The notes under the pieces: generated by a model
What the model saw: only the letters and a program-made list of their open reading frames with translations
Told to the model about the DNA's origin: nothing
The model's database searches: none
Shown here: positions 25,967 through 38,492 of the stretch, piece by piece
How positions within the stretch are numbered: the first letter of the stretch is position 1
How the letters are laid out: every line of letters starts with the position of its first letter
Assembly (NCBI GenBank): GCA_964188305.1
Contig: OZ076897.1
DNA from: Podarcis bocagei
Lineage: Eukaryota
Direction: 5' to 3' (one strand)
DNA: 64,000 bases
Program-made: the position numbers and the translations under genes

Positions 25967-26207
25967 TTGGATAAATAATACACTATCTGCACTGGCAACT
26001 AGAAGCAGTGATAATATGTGCTTCGTATTAATTTTTGCTTCCAGACAATTGTGTAGAAAGAGCACCTCAGCAGCGCTAAAGGGTTGTAACATGGAGGCAA
26101 CTGTGGTCTGAGGCTTACTGTGTATATGTGCATCTGAAAATGGAGGCAAGCTGCTCAGGGGTTTGGGAACTTCCTTTTTGAGAAGTTTTACACCAAAAAC
26201 TGCCACA

Positions 26208-26457
26208 GTGAAGATGGAGGAAGCTTGTTTTCTCCTGCTCCAGAGGCTAGGACCCAAACCAATGGATTCAAGTTACAAGGAAGGAGATTCTGAGTAAACA
26301 CCAGGAAGAACTCCAGTAAGAGCTGTGGAGTAGGCTCCCTTGGGAGGTGGTGGACTCTCCTTCCTTGGAGGTTTTTAAGCAGAGGTTGGATGGTCATCAG
26401 TCATGGATACCTTAGTTGAGATTCCTCAGGATTCCTTCCAACTCTATGATTCTATGA
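26208..26457 (+). mobile_element. CR1 LINE 3' fragment
   Basis: ggacccaaaccaatggattcaagttacaag (RTxxNGFKLQ-type ORF2 end)...tccttccaactctatgattctatga octamer tail. Confidence 0.8.
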
Positions 26458-27427
26458 AAACATATTGCAGCATAGGCCCAGATTCACACACATACTTCAA
26501 AAACAGGCGCAGCATAACTCTGGATATTGAGCTCCAGCCCAGTTTTAATGGACCACTAGCTCTCGGGCACTTTCTAAGGCTGCAGACAGCCAATCACAAT
26601 GTTGTAATTTCTAAATATGTACTTTGCTCAGCTGGAGACCCGATAGCAAGAATTTTGGCTAGCATTCTGAACATGAAATTTCAGCTACCCACAACAGACT
26701 CTCGCCCTTAGACACCTTCCTGAAGGAGGGGCTTTTTTAAAGAAGAAGGTGTAGCTGCTGTGTGTGTGGCAGTCAGACAGTCGCCCATAAAGATGATAAC
26801 ATTGAAATATAAACAATAAAACCGTTTCATCATTCACTGGCAAATAGTATTCACTGCTGCTGGCATAATCCCTTCAGATCGCTTCAGACACATGTAACAC
26901 ACTAGGAAGTTGATGGGCTGATATTTTTCAACAGTCCATCTAGATGTTTTGTTCTTGTGTTTATCAGCCAAACCTTTCAATGCAAATTGATTACCAAAAG
27001 GTGTAAGTTCCTGCCCATGAGGGTCGTCAACTGCTAAAAAGACTTTTTTGTTGCTTAAACACCAGCTGTTTAACCAACAACTTGATATCTTAATTAAATC
27101 AATGTAGGTAATGGCACATATTACCAAAACAGCAATAGAAGTGCCTTTCTTGAGATACTGAGGTATCTTACCATTTCATAAATGCTACCACTCCCCTTAG
27201 TTAAAAGGAAATAGTATACATCATTAATATGGGGTTCCTGCTGCTTTTGTTCATTCCTTTTTTCCAAACATAATGTTGCCATCTCATGGCTGATGTATAG
27301 ACACCAGTGGGCAGATGGTGCCTTCGTTCTTTCAGTGGTACTAAAAAGGTTTATGTGGATAAACCACGAGGATGAGCAATTTCATATTTTATTTGCAAAA
27401 TGACGCCTATTTTCCATAGCCTGAGTC

Positions 27428-27526
27428 CAAACGCCGGCTCCCTCGGCCTGAAAGCGAGGTGAGCGCCACAACCCCATAATCACCTTTGACTGGACTTAAC
27501 CATCCAGGGGTCCTTTACCATTACCT
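27428..27526 (+). mobile_element. Sauria SINE, 5'-truncated
   Basis: Near-identical to 35293-35386; ends in the (ttacct)-type tail. Confidence 0.88.
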
Positions 27527-30500
27527 GCCCTGTGAGCAGAGTTTCCAATAAAGTAAAAATGCAGATTAGGGAATCTTTGGAACATGAGATGTGAACCCAC
27601 GTATTGCAAGACAGCAACACTGAAGCGCAGTGCTTTTATTCTAGAAAAAAAGGTGCCAGTATTCACTATGAAGTTTTTACAGTAAGTGCCACATTCTTAA
27701 GCAGTGCTTTTCATCTCGGGGGGAAAGGTGTCGGTACTGCGTTCCCTTGAGTACCCCCAGGAAAAAAAGCAGAGCCTTTCGCATGGGCTCAATTAAATGA
27801 AAAGCAAATTCTACTAACGAATAAAGCTGCAAATCGGATCCAGATTGGAACTGCAGTTGGGATCTTCTTACAAGTTTGTGTGCCTTGCTACATTACTGAT
27901 TTCAGTGGGTTTTATATATTCATTAGTCATCTGAGGATGTAGTCTCAGGGCTCTCCAAATGGCTGCACCTTCACCTGTCTCTAGATTTATCTACTGGAGA
28001 AAAAAAATATCAGAATTTATTATTGCCATTGTAGTTGCTGCTTTTATGAGAACCAGTAATTAGAAACAGGCCCAGGACAATTTATATTCAAAGAACATGT
28101 CTCATAAAACACAAAAAAGGAACGCATTTCAAGAGAAGATTGGTCTATACCAATGGTTGGGTCAGCAAAAGAACTCTTTGCAGGTTTAGCTAAGGAAAGT
28201 GATCCTCCTGCAGAAGAACTGTGCAAATTACAGAACTATGTGATTGTACACATATGAATTTTACTGAGTTCTGAAAATAAGGGGACATAGCACTTGATGT
28301 TGTTATGGCTGTTCTGTAGACAGTGGATTGTTGAAATGGGGAGTGCTTATTACATCATATTTTGATTCTTCTGTAAGTGCAGACAACTTTTCATACAAGT
28401 GGCATGTCTCATGTCTGCAATTTTCAGAGCAATTGCTTACAAAACACTATGGGAGATTAACCAACTCCTTTTTTACCTACCCTAAAACTGTGACAGCTGT
28501 CCTTACAGAGAAAACATTGCAGAGATCCTTTTTAAATTTGCCTTTGAAGGAGGCAGCCTTGGAAATTAAGTTCAACTCTGACCAAAAAAGTAGAAGTTGT
28601 ACATTTTTTCCTTAGAAAAGAAACAAACAAAAATTCCATTTGTATAAAACTGATTGTAGTATGCATGCAAATCTCATCCACTTCTGTCAAAAGAGGGAAA
28701 GGTTTTACCTGTTTATTAAAATTTCCCAATAGTGAATGATGTGAATAATTGAAATCCACTGAAAGAGCCTGCAAGCAGCCCATTCTGCCCTTTTAGTGAT
28801 TTCAGTGGCGTCTTTATGACATTTCCAGGTCACTTCCAGGTTCAGGACAATGTGCTTATATACGGTCGCACACATTTTGAATGCACACCAATGTGGGGCT
28901 GCCTGTAGGGACATAGAAACAGTGCTCACATGCAAGCCAACAGCCTACATTTCAATAGATTCTTCTCCTTTGTTGCCATGCTTATTTTACGATATACTCT
29001 AGGTTATTTCTATTGCTAATGATATTTGCTTTTTTGGACTCCCTAATGGAAGAAAAGTGAGATAGAAGTACACTTTATCGACATTAATGTATCACTTTCC
29101 CACCTTATAAAGAGACACACAGAGACATCTGAGTATTTCAGCCACTAAATAGATGGCCCCAATGTGGCAGCTTGTAGGAGCAATGAGAAATGGGTTCTAT
29201 TTACTAGGAGGAAAACTAAATGCCACACATGAAGTACTGTAAGAAAAACCAAGAGAGAAAAAATAGCTTTAGGAATGGTTTCCTTATTTAAACAGTTCGG
29301 CTAAAGTTGGAAATCTCTTCCTGCCAAAGCAAGCGACTCACCACCAGCCCGCCAGCGAACTGCTTTGCCTACTGAATCGCTGCTAGTAAAGGATGCTGCC
29401 TTTCTGGTAGGACTCGTGAATGACAGAAACAAGCAGGAGCCCACAACCACTTGGTTAATCTGGTTTCAGAAAAAGGGCTGTTGTGCATCTTGATTTGAAG
29501 ACTCTCGCTCTATACAGTCGCAACTGTATTTTGCAATTTTGCAATTAGATTTGTTTAAAAATACTTGCTACTGTGCAACATTTTAAATTATGCGAGTTTA
29601 AATAAGGAGAAAATGTAGGTGTGCTCTAGTTAAAACCAGCAACCTACATTTTCAAACAGCTTTTGTGTGATTATTTATTACACAAAAGCTGTTTTATTAC
29701 ACAAAAGCTTTATTTCTGCAATTGCCCAATGGGAAATACAAGGTGCAGACCTTGTATTCCAGGTTGTGTTCAGTGGTGTCCCACTGCTAATGATCCAGCC
29801 GAGGCTTCTGTCAGCAGAATGGGGAAGGAAGGTGGTTTTCACATATGTGGTCCTCATCACCCCACCCATCTGCTCCAGAGGCTTGGAGAACCCTTTTGAA
29901 CATTGTTGGAGGTGGTCAGAGGATTGGAGGAGGAAGATATATTGGCAAAAATAAGCTCCTTCCCTGTTCACCCGATAGGAGCTCCTGCTGGATCAAAGAG
30001 CCTTTCATTAGTGGAGGGGCACAATTAGATATGGCCCTATTTAAACAGGGTTTGCATGTTTTCAGTCCCATTAATGTCAATATGAGAAGTCAACAATGAT
30101 GCTTTTCGCACCTTGTTTTGTAAACTGTGAATTGGGTAGGTTCACCTTTAAATGCAAACTGAATTGAATTTCTCTTTCATCTCTGGGAGCTTCTGTGGCC
30201 CATAGATAGCAAAGCTCAACGTAGCATAATCAGCCTAACATTTATATCACGGAGGGAAATATTTGACCTCCGAGGGATGTTCTGTGTTAGGCTGCCGTGA
30301 GAATGGCAAAACTAAAATATGGTTTTTTAAAAGTAAAGAAGAAGGACCTCCCCCCTTTTGTTAGGCTTGTGTTCCTTTCGATATGAAATGTATCTAGACA
30401 TTTTGGTCTCACAGCCTTGGCTGTGAAAATGGCTGCATTGTTCTACAGTCTGCTGATTCGGCAGCCACAAAAGCTGAGACAATCTGCAAGGAGAGATGCC

Positions 30501-30804
30501 AGCCTCCCTCTGCTCTGACGGCAGGATTCTCTGCATCAGACCTTTCAGAGAACAAATGTGACTTCTTTACATTTGCCCAAGAGACAAAAGTAACATTGTG
30601 GATGGATATAATCTAAAGTTAAGTTGCTGGCTTTTGGGCTACCAAGTGTACCAGGGCATGGACTTTGTTTTCGCTGAGCAGCTTCAGACATTCCAGCAAA
30701 GAAAGGATGGTCAGTTGCTGAAATTTATTCACTCTACTTTTCCAAAGGAAAAATGCACATTTGGTCCTAAGTCTGATTCCAGGTTTGCTCTTATTTGCTT
30801 CTAC

Positions 30805-31037
30805 TTCATGGTTGTGGAACGCCTTGGTACTTCTCCGTTTTAGCTCCCAAACACTGCAAACCCGGAATGAGTGTTCTGGTTTGCGAACGTTCTTTGGAAC
30901 CCAAACATCCGGCGCGGCTGCCGATTGGCTGCAGGAGCTTCCTGCAGCCAATCGGAAGCCATGCCTTGGTTTCCGAACGTTTTGGAAGTTGAACGGATTT
31001 CCAGAACGGATTCCGTTCGACTTCCGAGGTACGACTG
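30805..31037. mobile_element. Tc1/mariner MITE, family C (left TIR decayed)
   Basis: Right end ttcgacttccgaggtacgactg|TA; internal 16-bp hairpin ccgattggctgcagga-gct-tcctgcagccaatcgg (30921-30955). Confidence 0.8.
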
Positions 31038-31134
31038 TAAACCTTTTCATCCTCTGTCTTCCCTATCTCAGGTTTCCACTCATCCTAACCCACCCACCCA
31101 CCCACTTTTCCCCAATCAACATTAAGGGCTAGAA

Positions 31135-31395
31135 CAGGGGTCAGCAACCTTTTTCAGCCATGGGCTGGTCCACCATCCCTCAGACCATGTGGTAGGCTGA
31201 ACTATATTTTGAAAAAATAATAATAATAATAATGAACGGATTCCTATACCCCACAAATAACCCAGAGATGCATTTTAAATAAAAGCACACATTCTACTCA
31301 TGTAAAAACACACCGATTCCCGGATCGTCCACGGGCCGGTTTGAGAAGGTGTTTGGGCCGCATCCGGCCCACAGGCCTTAGGTTGCCTACCCCTG
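31135..31395. mobile_element. hAT (Charlie-like) MITE with 8-bp TSD ggctagaa
   Basis: TIRs caggggtcagcaacct / aggttgcctacccctg; TSD at 31127-31134 and 31396-31403. Confidence 0.92.
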
Positions 31396-32264
31396 GGCTA
31401 GAAAGTCCTTCTTGGTATGATTCCAGAATGCAGGAAACCAACACAAATCAGTGTCCAAGAGCTAAGAATGAGAAATCGAAGCAAGAAAAACAGCTCATTC
31501 TGTGAGGTCCAGTTTATACAATGGATTTGGTGCATGTCAAGAAAATGGACAGGGTATGTCAGTTGCTGAAGAGGTCACCTGGATGCTTTACCACTAACAT
31601 TTAGTTTGGCTATCAGTGGCAAGGCTACCAAAACTGGGGTTGGACCATGATGGAGCGAATCTGGGTTGAGACGAAAGCTGATGCATGGCGAAACAAATAT
31701 GGAAGCCCATCTCCATGTGACAAACTCTGTTTGGCCATGCTCTGCTTAATTTCTCAACACATCAGTATTGTTGTATGACTCGACAATTAGTTTCCAATAT
31801 TCAGGAATTGGAAGAACTAGTCTACAGCTAGGTATCTACACCACCAGGAATTGACCTGGAAGTCAAATAAAGTCAAATAAATTACATAGCTCTACTTCCT
31901 TCTTTACATAGTCAGATTTATCACTTGTGAATTCTCCAATAAGAGAATCACTCTGAAAACTAGTGAAACATTCAGTGAAAGCACACCATACAAACATTAA
32001 GTCTGGTTTTGACTATATTATTTTAGGAAACAGAACAAGATGTCCTTCTTTTGCTTGGCTTTTGGAAAAGGGGTGGGGTGAAGAATTGTCACTTTTTATT
32101 AAATTGATGAAAGAATTAGTGCTGTCTTTTTCTTCTTTCTGTGAGTTGGAGTTATGGAATTGTTTTATTATATTTTATCTATTTATTCTATTTATTTTAT
32201 AGTATTGTTTTATATTGTATTGATGTAACCTGCTCTTGGGCCTATTGATGAAGAATGCAAAACA

Positions 32265-32435
32265 ATCTAATCTATGTATTGGGCATTTGTTTTGTCTTTT
32301 TGTCTGTCCTGTATACATTTTGACACCTCTTAAGATATCGTAACCAAATTTTACATAATGGTTCCTGAAATCAAAGAGCATTTTTTGTCTATGTTTGGAT
32401 GAAATTGGATGCCATCTTGACTTAAGAAGATGGAC
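32265..32435 (-). mobile_element. Possible Helitron/Helentron-associated non-autonomous element end
   Basis: Minus strand aatttcatccaaac...aaatttggttacgatatc...acagacaaaaagacaaaacaaa...atagattagat resembles recalled HINE-type 3' ends; single copy here. Confidence 0.3.
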
Positions 32436-35009
32436 TGAACCTTTCAAAACTGCAATGCTTCTTAGCCACTGATTTAAAACCACTGATTTTTTTTTCTTCC
32501 AATGGTTTCCTGTGCAATGTGAGGCACTTTCTGCTAGTCTTTAATAAATAAAATAGACTGAAAACAACCAGCTCAGTATAAAATAATTTTGTAAACACCC
32601 ATGCTTTAAGCTGGCATCAGTCCAACATCAACACTGATGACTACTGAATTTCAAGGGAATTCGGAAGCCAGGGTATCACGAAAGAGAAGAACACTCCTCC
32701 TGAAACACACACACACACCCCATCACTGGTGCTCCAGCTTACATTAGTACTCTACCAAGTACCTTGGTGGGCACATCTGGGTGAAATCCACAACTCCACC
32801 TCACCCACCAAACAAACACACACATACAAGGTCTGATATCCAGGGCTTGTGGGTGTGTTACAGTACTCACTGGTACAGAATATACCAGCATCTCTCTTTT
32901 TTTACTACCTATGGCCGCCATTTTGTGCTGGCACCAATGCCACTTCATTTTTTACCCACCCCACCCCCCAAAAAATGCACTGCTGACACCTAACCCAGGA
33001 TAAAGTTGTGAATGAGCGATGTTTTTTTTTTTGTGAACCAACCTGACAAGTTAAATCATCCAAGGTGGCTTGATCTTTCCTATCATGAAAAAATGCAGGA
33101 CCTTTATAGAATGAAGACTTGAAATACACAGCATAATCAGACATTTGGCTGATTTCTCTATATATCAAGGAACTTGCCCCGCCCCCAGCTGTTGTTGAGC
33201 TATAATTCCCATCATCCATAACCATTGGCTGTGATAGCTGGGCTATTGGGAGCTGGCATCCAAAAACATCTGGAGGACCACAGGTTCCCTATCCCTGATA
33301 TATGAATTAACTGCCTTTCATTCAATCTGAGAGCTCAGAGTTTTCCACTGAGAAGTGAGAGCTCAGATTTTCATGAAATCCAAACCCAAGCAAGCACATG
33401 AAAGGCATCCATCACTAAAAGGAGATATTTTATCGGCCTTCTAATTCCAACATCTAGCTAGCCTGTAAATTCAAAGAGCATCCACATGATGGAAACTAAG
33501 CATCTACACCAAGCAGCCTTGACCAACCTGGTGCCCACACTCCCATCAGCCCCATCCAGGAAGGCACCAGATTAAAAGGCTGATCTGAAGTCTTCTATAA
33601 CACTTCAGTTCACTTCAAGTGCACAGAAATCCTACTTCTTCAATGTAGCCAGAGAGAAAGAAAATAGATAGATTAAATATATCCAAGTGTGTTTCAAATA
33701 CAATCCATCACTAGTCCTTATCCAGACTTTTAGGGAATAGAGCAGCAATTTCCAAGTAAGTAAAATGAAAGGTGCTGAGAGACTCTGTACAAGCTCAACT
33801 CCCCACATGCGAGAGTTGCCAGGGTTTCCCAGATGTTTTGAGATCATAACATAGGTCAGAGGATAACTGGTAAGGTCAGCTGGAAAACTGGAAAGGTAAA
33901 CACTTTTGGGGAGACTAGACTGAGAGAGACTTTCAGAAAGGGAATATCAAACTTAAAAAGAGGCGGGGGGGAACCATTGGTCAAAATGACGAGACTTGTC
34001 CTGGCTTCTGCTAACATTACCAATTATTCAAAATATTTCCTTAGTGTAATGCTTTTGCAAAAGTTTCTTGAGAAAAAGGCAACACTGAACTATTTGGACT
34101 CTGATGAAATGGTGCACTCTCCCCGCCCCCCTTACTTTTTTCCCCCTTTGAGGCATGATAAAGGAAATAAATCTAAGTTTTGCAAAACAGAAGTCAGATG
34201 AAGCAGCAGAAAGTAAAGACCACGTTTATTTTAAGTCAGCAGCACACTCTGCTGGCTGTTTCACTTTTTGTCTTAAGGTTAAAGATATGAAATGCAAACT
34301 TACTGTTGCTGTACCATCTCCATGCATGGATTAAAAACAGCTAAGCGGTCAGTGTAGCGTACCTCCTGAAAAATTCTGAAGAATATATGTTGTTTATTCT
34401 GGCGATATACTTGAAGGCAATGTAATTCTAGTGCGTTGTTTGGAAAACTGCTCTTGAAAGTACCTGATAATGGGCAATGTGGACAATACTTAGGCAAACC
34501 CAGTGAGATTGGCTGACCAGCCTGATCTCTGATGTGCCTTGCAGTGCTGGTCCTGCTCCTTGGTCCCAATTCCTAGTTTGTTCCCCAATGCCACATTTTG
34601 CATTGCGCTCCAATCCTGATTTACTCTTCCATACCGATTCCTGGCTTGTTCTCTGATCCTGCATCCTAATTTGCCCACTAAGCCAAATTGTTCTTCAGCA
34701 CAGACTCCTGGCTCCAGACTGCGGCTGAACCCTGACCACATGCCCCTATACGTCCTTGCTTCTCCTGCTGCTTCATTTCATCTTGAGGTAGTGGCTCACT
34801 ACAAAATAAATTCATGAACCAAGTTTGGATATGAGAAACCCACGATCAAATTCCAGTTTGGCCGTGGTAGTCACACAATGGCCTTAAGCCCTTTAACAAA
34901 ACCTGTAGTCCTTGAGAAAGTTGAAGTTGTAAAGCTTTTAGAACAAGGACAAGAGGTGCAGAAAACAAATATTAATGACAATGAATAGTCAACAGGTAAA
35001 GACGCAGAC

Positions 35010-35386
35010 GGGATGCGGGTGGCGCTGTGGTCTAAATCACTGAGCCTCTTGGGCCTGCTGATCGGAAGCTCAGCGGTTCAAATCTGCTTGATGGGGTAAA
35101 CTTCCAGTGCTCTGTCCCAGCTTCTGCCAACCTAGCAGTTCAAAAGCACGCCAGTGCAAGTAGATAAATATGTACCGTTGTGGCGGGAAGGTAAACGGCA
35201 TTTCTGTGCGCTTTGGTTTCCGTCACGGTATCCCGTTGTGCCGGAAGTGGTTTAGTTATAATGGCCCCATGACCCGGAAAGCTGTCTGTGGACAAACGCC
35301 GGCTCCCTCGGCCTGAAAGCGAGATGAGCACCGCAACCCCATAGTCGCCTTTGACTGGACTTAACCATCCAGGGGTCCTTTACCTT
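35010..35386 (+). mobile_element. Full-length Sauria SINE
   Basis: gggatgcgggtggcgctgtgg head to aggggtcctttacctt tail; flanking direct repeat aatagtcaac at 34984-34993 and 35387-35396. Confidence 0.93.
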
Positions 35387-35539
35387 AATAGTCAACGAAG
35401 TATCCACCTTTTGCCTCACTCCAAGTATTTAGGAGCTGGATGCAATTTTCATCGTATATGAGAGAGTTGTGATGAAATTCTTGTAAGTCTTCCCTCCCAG
35501 TCATACTGAAAAGTGACACTAAGACCACAGGAGACATTT

Positions 35540-36075
35540 GCTTAAGAGCACAAGAGAAGCCTGCTGGATCAGGCCAAAGCTTTAGGGAAGCTTTTAATGT
35601 TTAACAGACTACTGTATTTTAATGCTTTGTTGGAAGCAGCCCAGAGTGGCTGGGGAAACCCAGCCAGATGGACGGGGTATAAATAATAAATTCTATTCTA
35701 AATTCTATTCTAAATTCTATTCTAAATTCTATTCTAAATTCTATTCTAAATTCTATTCTAGTTCAACTTCATCTTCTCACAGTGGCCAACCAAATGCCTG
35801 GGGGAAACCTGCAAACTGGACATGAATCCAAAAGCATTCTGCCCAGTTGCAATTCCCAGTAATGCCTTTGACAGCGGAGGCAGAACATGGCCATCAGGGC
35901 TAGTGGTCAATGGTAGCCTTGTATTCCATGAATTTGCCTAAGGCCACCCAGGCTGGTGGCCACCACTGTCTTTTGTGAGAGCAAGTTCCATGGTTTAACT
36001 AAGCACTTAATGAAGCAATACTTTCTTTCCTCTGTCTTGGATCTTCCACCATTCAGCCCTGTTGGATGTCCACAA
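35540..36075 (-). mobile_element. CR1 LINE 3' fragment, interrupted by an L2 tail
   Basis: Translation GHPTGLNGGRSKTEERKYCFIKCLVKPWNLLSQ matches the CR1 ORF2 end (RGH..KL....R...RK.FF..R.V..WN.LP); tail sequence gcctgctggatcaggcc resumes as ctcacagtggccaacc after the insert. Confidence 0.8.
35580..35760 (+). mobile_element. L2 3' end with tail expanded into a 12-bp minisatellite (aaattctattct)x6
   Basis: tttagggaagcttttaatgt...cccagagtggctggggaaacccagccagatgg matches the end of the 55726 L2; repeat array at 35688-35760. Confidence 0.87.
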
Positions 36076-38128
36076 GCTCTAGCGTTATGCTCACTGAACC
36101 CTGTTACCCCTTCAGCATCAGGCACCTCCTCTCAATCTTCTCCTCGATGACCCACCACCAATCCCCAGGTTCTGAGCCTTCCTTTCCTGGGATTTTCCTT
36201 TGGAGGTTTCCCCAGCAGGCACCTCCCACCACTCCTCATCATCCAGCCAGTCCTTGACACTGCCATAGGCAAGCCTGTTTCTGAGCCTCAATAATATAAT
36301 CTATAATATGGAGATTATCATACCGGCCAGCCTTTCAGAGTTGCTGCTCTAAACAGCCTTCCCCCATGTGGTGCCGCCCAATGTTTGGAACTACAGCTCT
36401 GATCATCCCTGACCCTTCGCCATGTTGGCTAGTGCCAATAGGAGTTGGGCATTCAAAGCATTCGGAAGGCACAAGGTGGGCAAAAACACCATTTTAAGTG
36501 AGACAATGCATATGACGCATTTTTAACACTCACAAAGAACAACGTTAAATGCTTTGTATTCATTACTTCCTCCCCATTCATAATTCCAAGGGAAGATTTC
36601 TTCACAGAGATTCAAGCAACAGAGAGTTTGTAAATCCACAAGCCAAATAACCCCCAATTCTTAACTTCCTATCGAAAAGAGAGAAAGCGATCACCAACCA
36701 CAACATTTTCAAATTAGGGCAAAGGTTTATGGCCATGTAGGGCAGAGGAGAATCAAGAAAAAGTTTGCTAAATCTTCTGCAGGAGGAAAGAAAAGAAGGC
36801 CATATATACAACCCAGCAAAAGCCACACCAACAAATCACTTCGTTTTCCCTGGTTACAGGGATCCATTTTCATGGCAAGAGCGAAACAGAAAGGAAAGCA
36901 ATTGCCTGCCACGAGCACAAGCCGCAGTTACACTTGCCACTTGAAAGCTTCCAAATCTGGACTGGGTGCCAGCAAGCTAAATTATGGCTTATACTCACAA
37001 AGAAGTATTCAGATGACATTTTTGTCAAGGTCAGGGAAATACATTGACTAGCGATAAACAGAGTACAGACTGATTCACGCCACCAATCAGACATGCTGGT
37101 TGTTGCTTCAGTTGTGGAAGACATTCGAGAAGAAACACCTTCCGGCATGATCCAGTTCACTGCTATAAATTTACTTGGCATACTTTCTTTCCCTCTATTT
37201 CAGGCCCAGATCTAACTCCCATACTCTCAACCCTCAAAGGATAGAGTAACCACTTTGCATAGTGTTGCCTTTTTCCTGCCCAGAAAAAGGCAATGCCAAC
37301 AGGCCGTTTATACATTCATACATACAATGGAGAGTTTTAACTGACAGTATATATGCAGGCAAATCAATTTCCACTCCTCACTGCTTAGGTTTTTAAAATA
37401 ACGCTAAACTGAACAGATATTTATCAACTTTGCAACAGAATTTTAGGGTGTTGTTGTTGTTGTTGTTATTTAAAGAAATTTTGCAGTGAATCAAACCATT
37501 GATTAGAGCATCCAGTTGAATAAAGATGTTCCATGCTTTTAACTATAAAAAGAAAAAAGAATAAAAACAGAGCAATTATGGTCACCTAGTGTGTTGCAAA
37601 GCAAGCACGTTCATCTTCTGTAATGGCTGAAATGGACTTCTCTATTACTGAACAAACACAGAGCCACTTCAGAGACTCCAAGGTTGCTGTCACAGTACTG
37701 AAACCAAACGTTTTGAAGAAGTAACATTTTGATTCACACACACACACTGAAATGCACATGACTTGAATCAGCTCAGGAAGGTATGGCTAGATGAAACATG
37801 ACATCTATCATCTGAATGCTCATGCTTTGTTTTCATGTTGGGGACGGCCAGTTTTGAGCAGCCTAAGGGTGATCACAGTGCTGTTTGGGGCTTTTGCCCA
37901 CTCTTGCCAGAAAGCCCCATGAGAGGTCACTGACACAGACAGTCCAAACCACAGGGCACTTTGCTAAAAGACCTTGCAAACCTGGGTCTGGCCCTGTCAG
38001 TTCCCATGACTCATTTCTGCCCAAATCCTACAGCTCAAAAACAAACAGTTTTATAGTTTCAAACTTAATAATGTTCTCGAAGAAGGTCCCTTGAGGTTTC
38101 TTCAAAAGAAGTGGAGTATTACTTAGCA

Positions 38129-38492
38129 CAGAAGCAGGGAACTTCATGTGTGGGGGCCGAATGCAGCCCTCCGAGCCTCTCCACCTCGACCTCGGGACTC
38201 TTCCCCAGGCCACACGCCTTTCCCAGCCACACCTGCTTCACACCTTTACTAGGTGTTTTTGCCTGGTTGGAACGCGTCCTTGTCCTCTAATATTGCCTCT
38301 TGGTTGTCTAGACAGATTATATTGAGTGAGTATGTATGAGTGTGTGTAGAGATTAGCCCCCAAAAGGTAAGAATTACATTTGTTGCTCCGCCTATTTTTG
38401 TCTCTAGCTCCGCCCACCACTGTCATGTGGTCCCTGGATGGTTGCCCAGGACAGAATGTGGCCCTTGGGGTGAAAAAGGTTCCCCGCCCTTA
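38129..38492. mobile_element. hAT MITE (older), TSD acttag(c/g)a
   Basis: gggaac...aaaaaggttcccc ends; interior aligns to 44532-44913; 8-bp flanks at 38121-38128 and 38493-38500 with one mismatch. Confidence 0.78.

Noticed and set aside
26834-27127. 97-aa ORF, and other 60-140-aa ORFs in unique DNA such as 36870-37181 and 5169-5558
   Set aside because: No recognisable domain or convincing splice structure; lengths are expected by chance.
34490-34745. Possible Gypsy solo LTR
   Set aside because: Only a compositional resemblance (repeated cctg...tcct words); no clear TG...CA ends, TSD or second copy.
35622-35825. ORF with (KFYS)n repeats, and similar poly-T/V/L/ER ORFs at 57450-57811 and 16695-17112
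   Set aside because: Translations of micro- and minisatellites.
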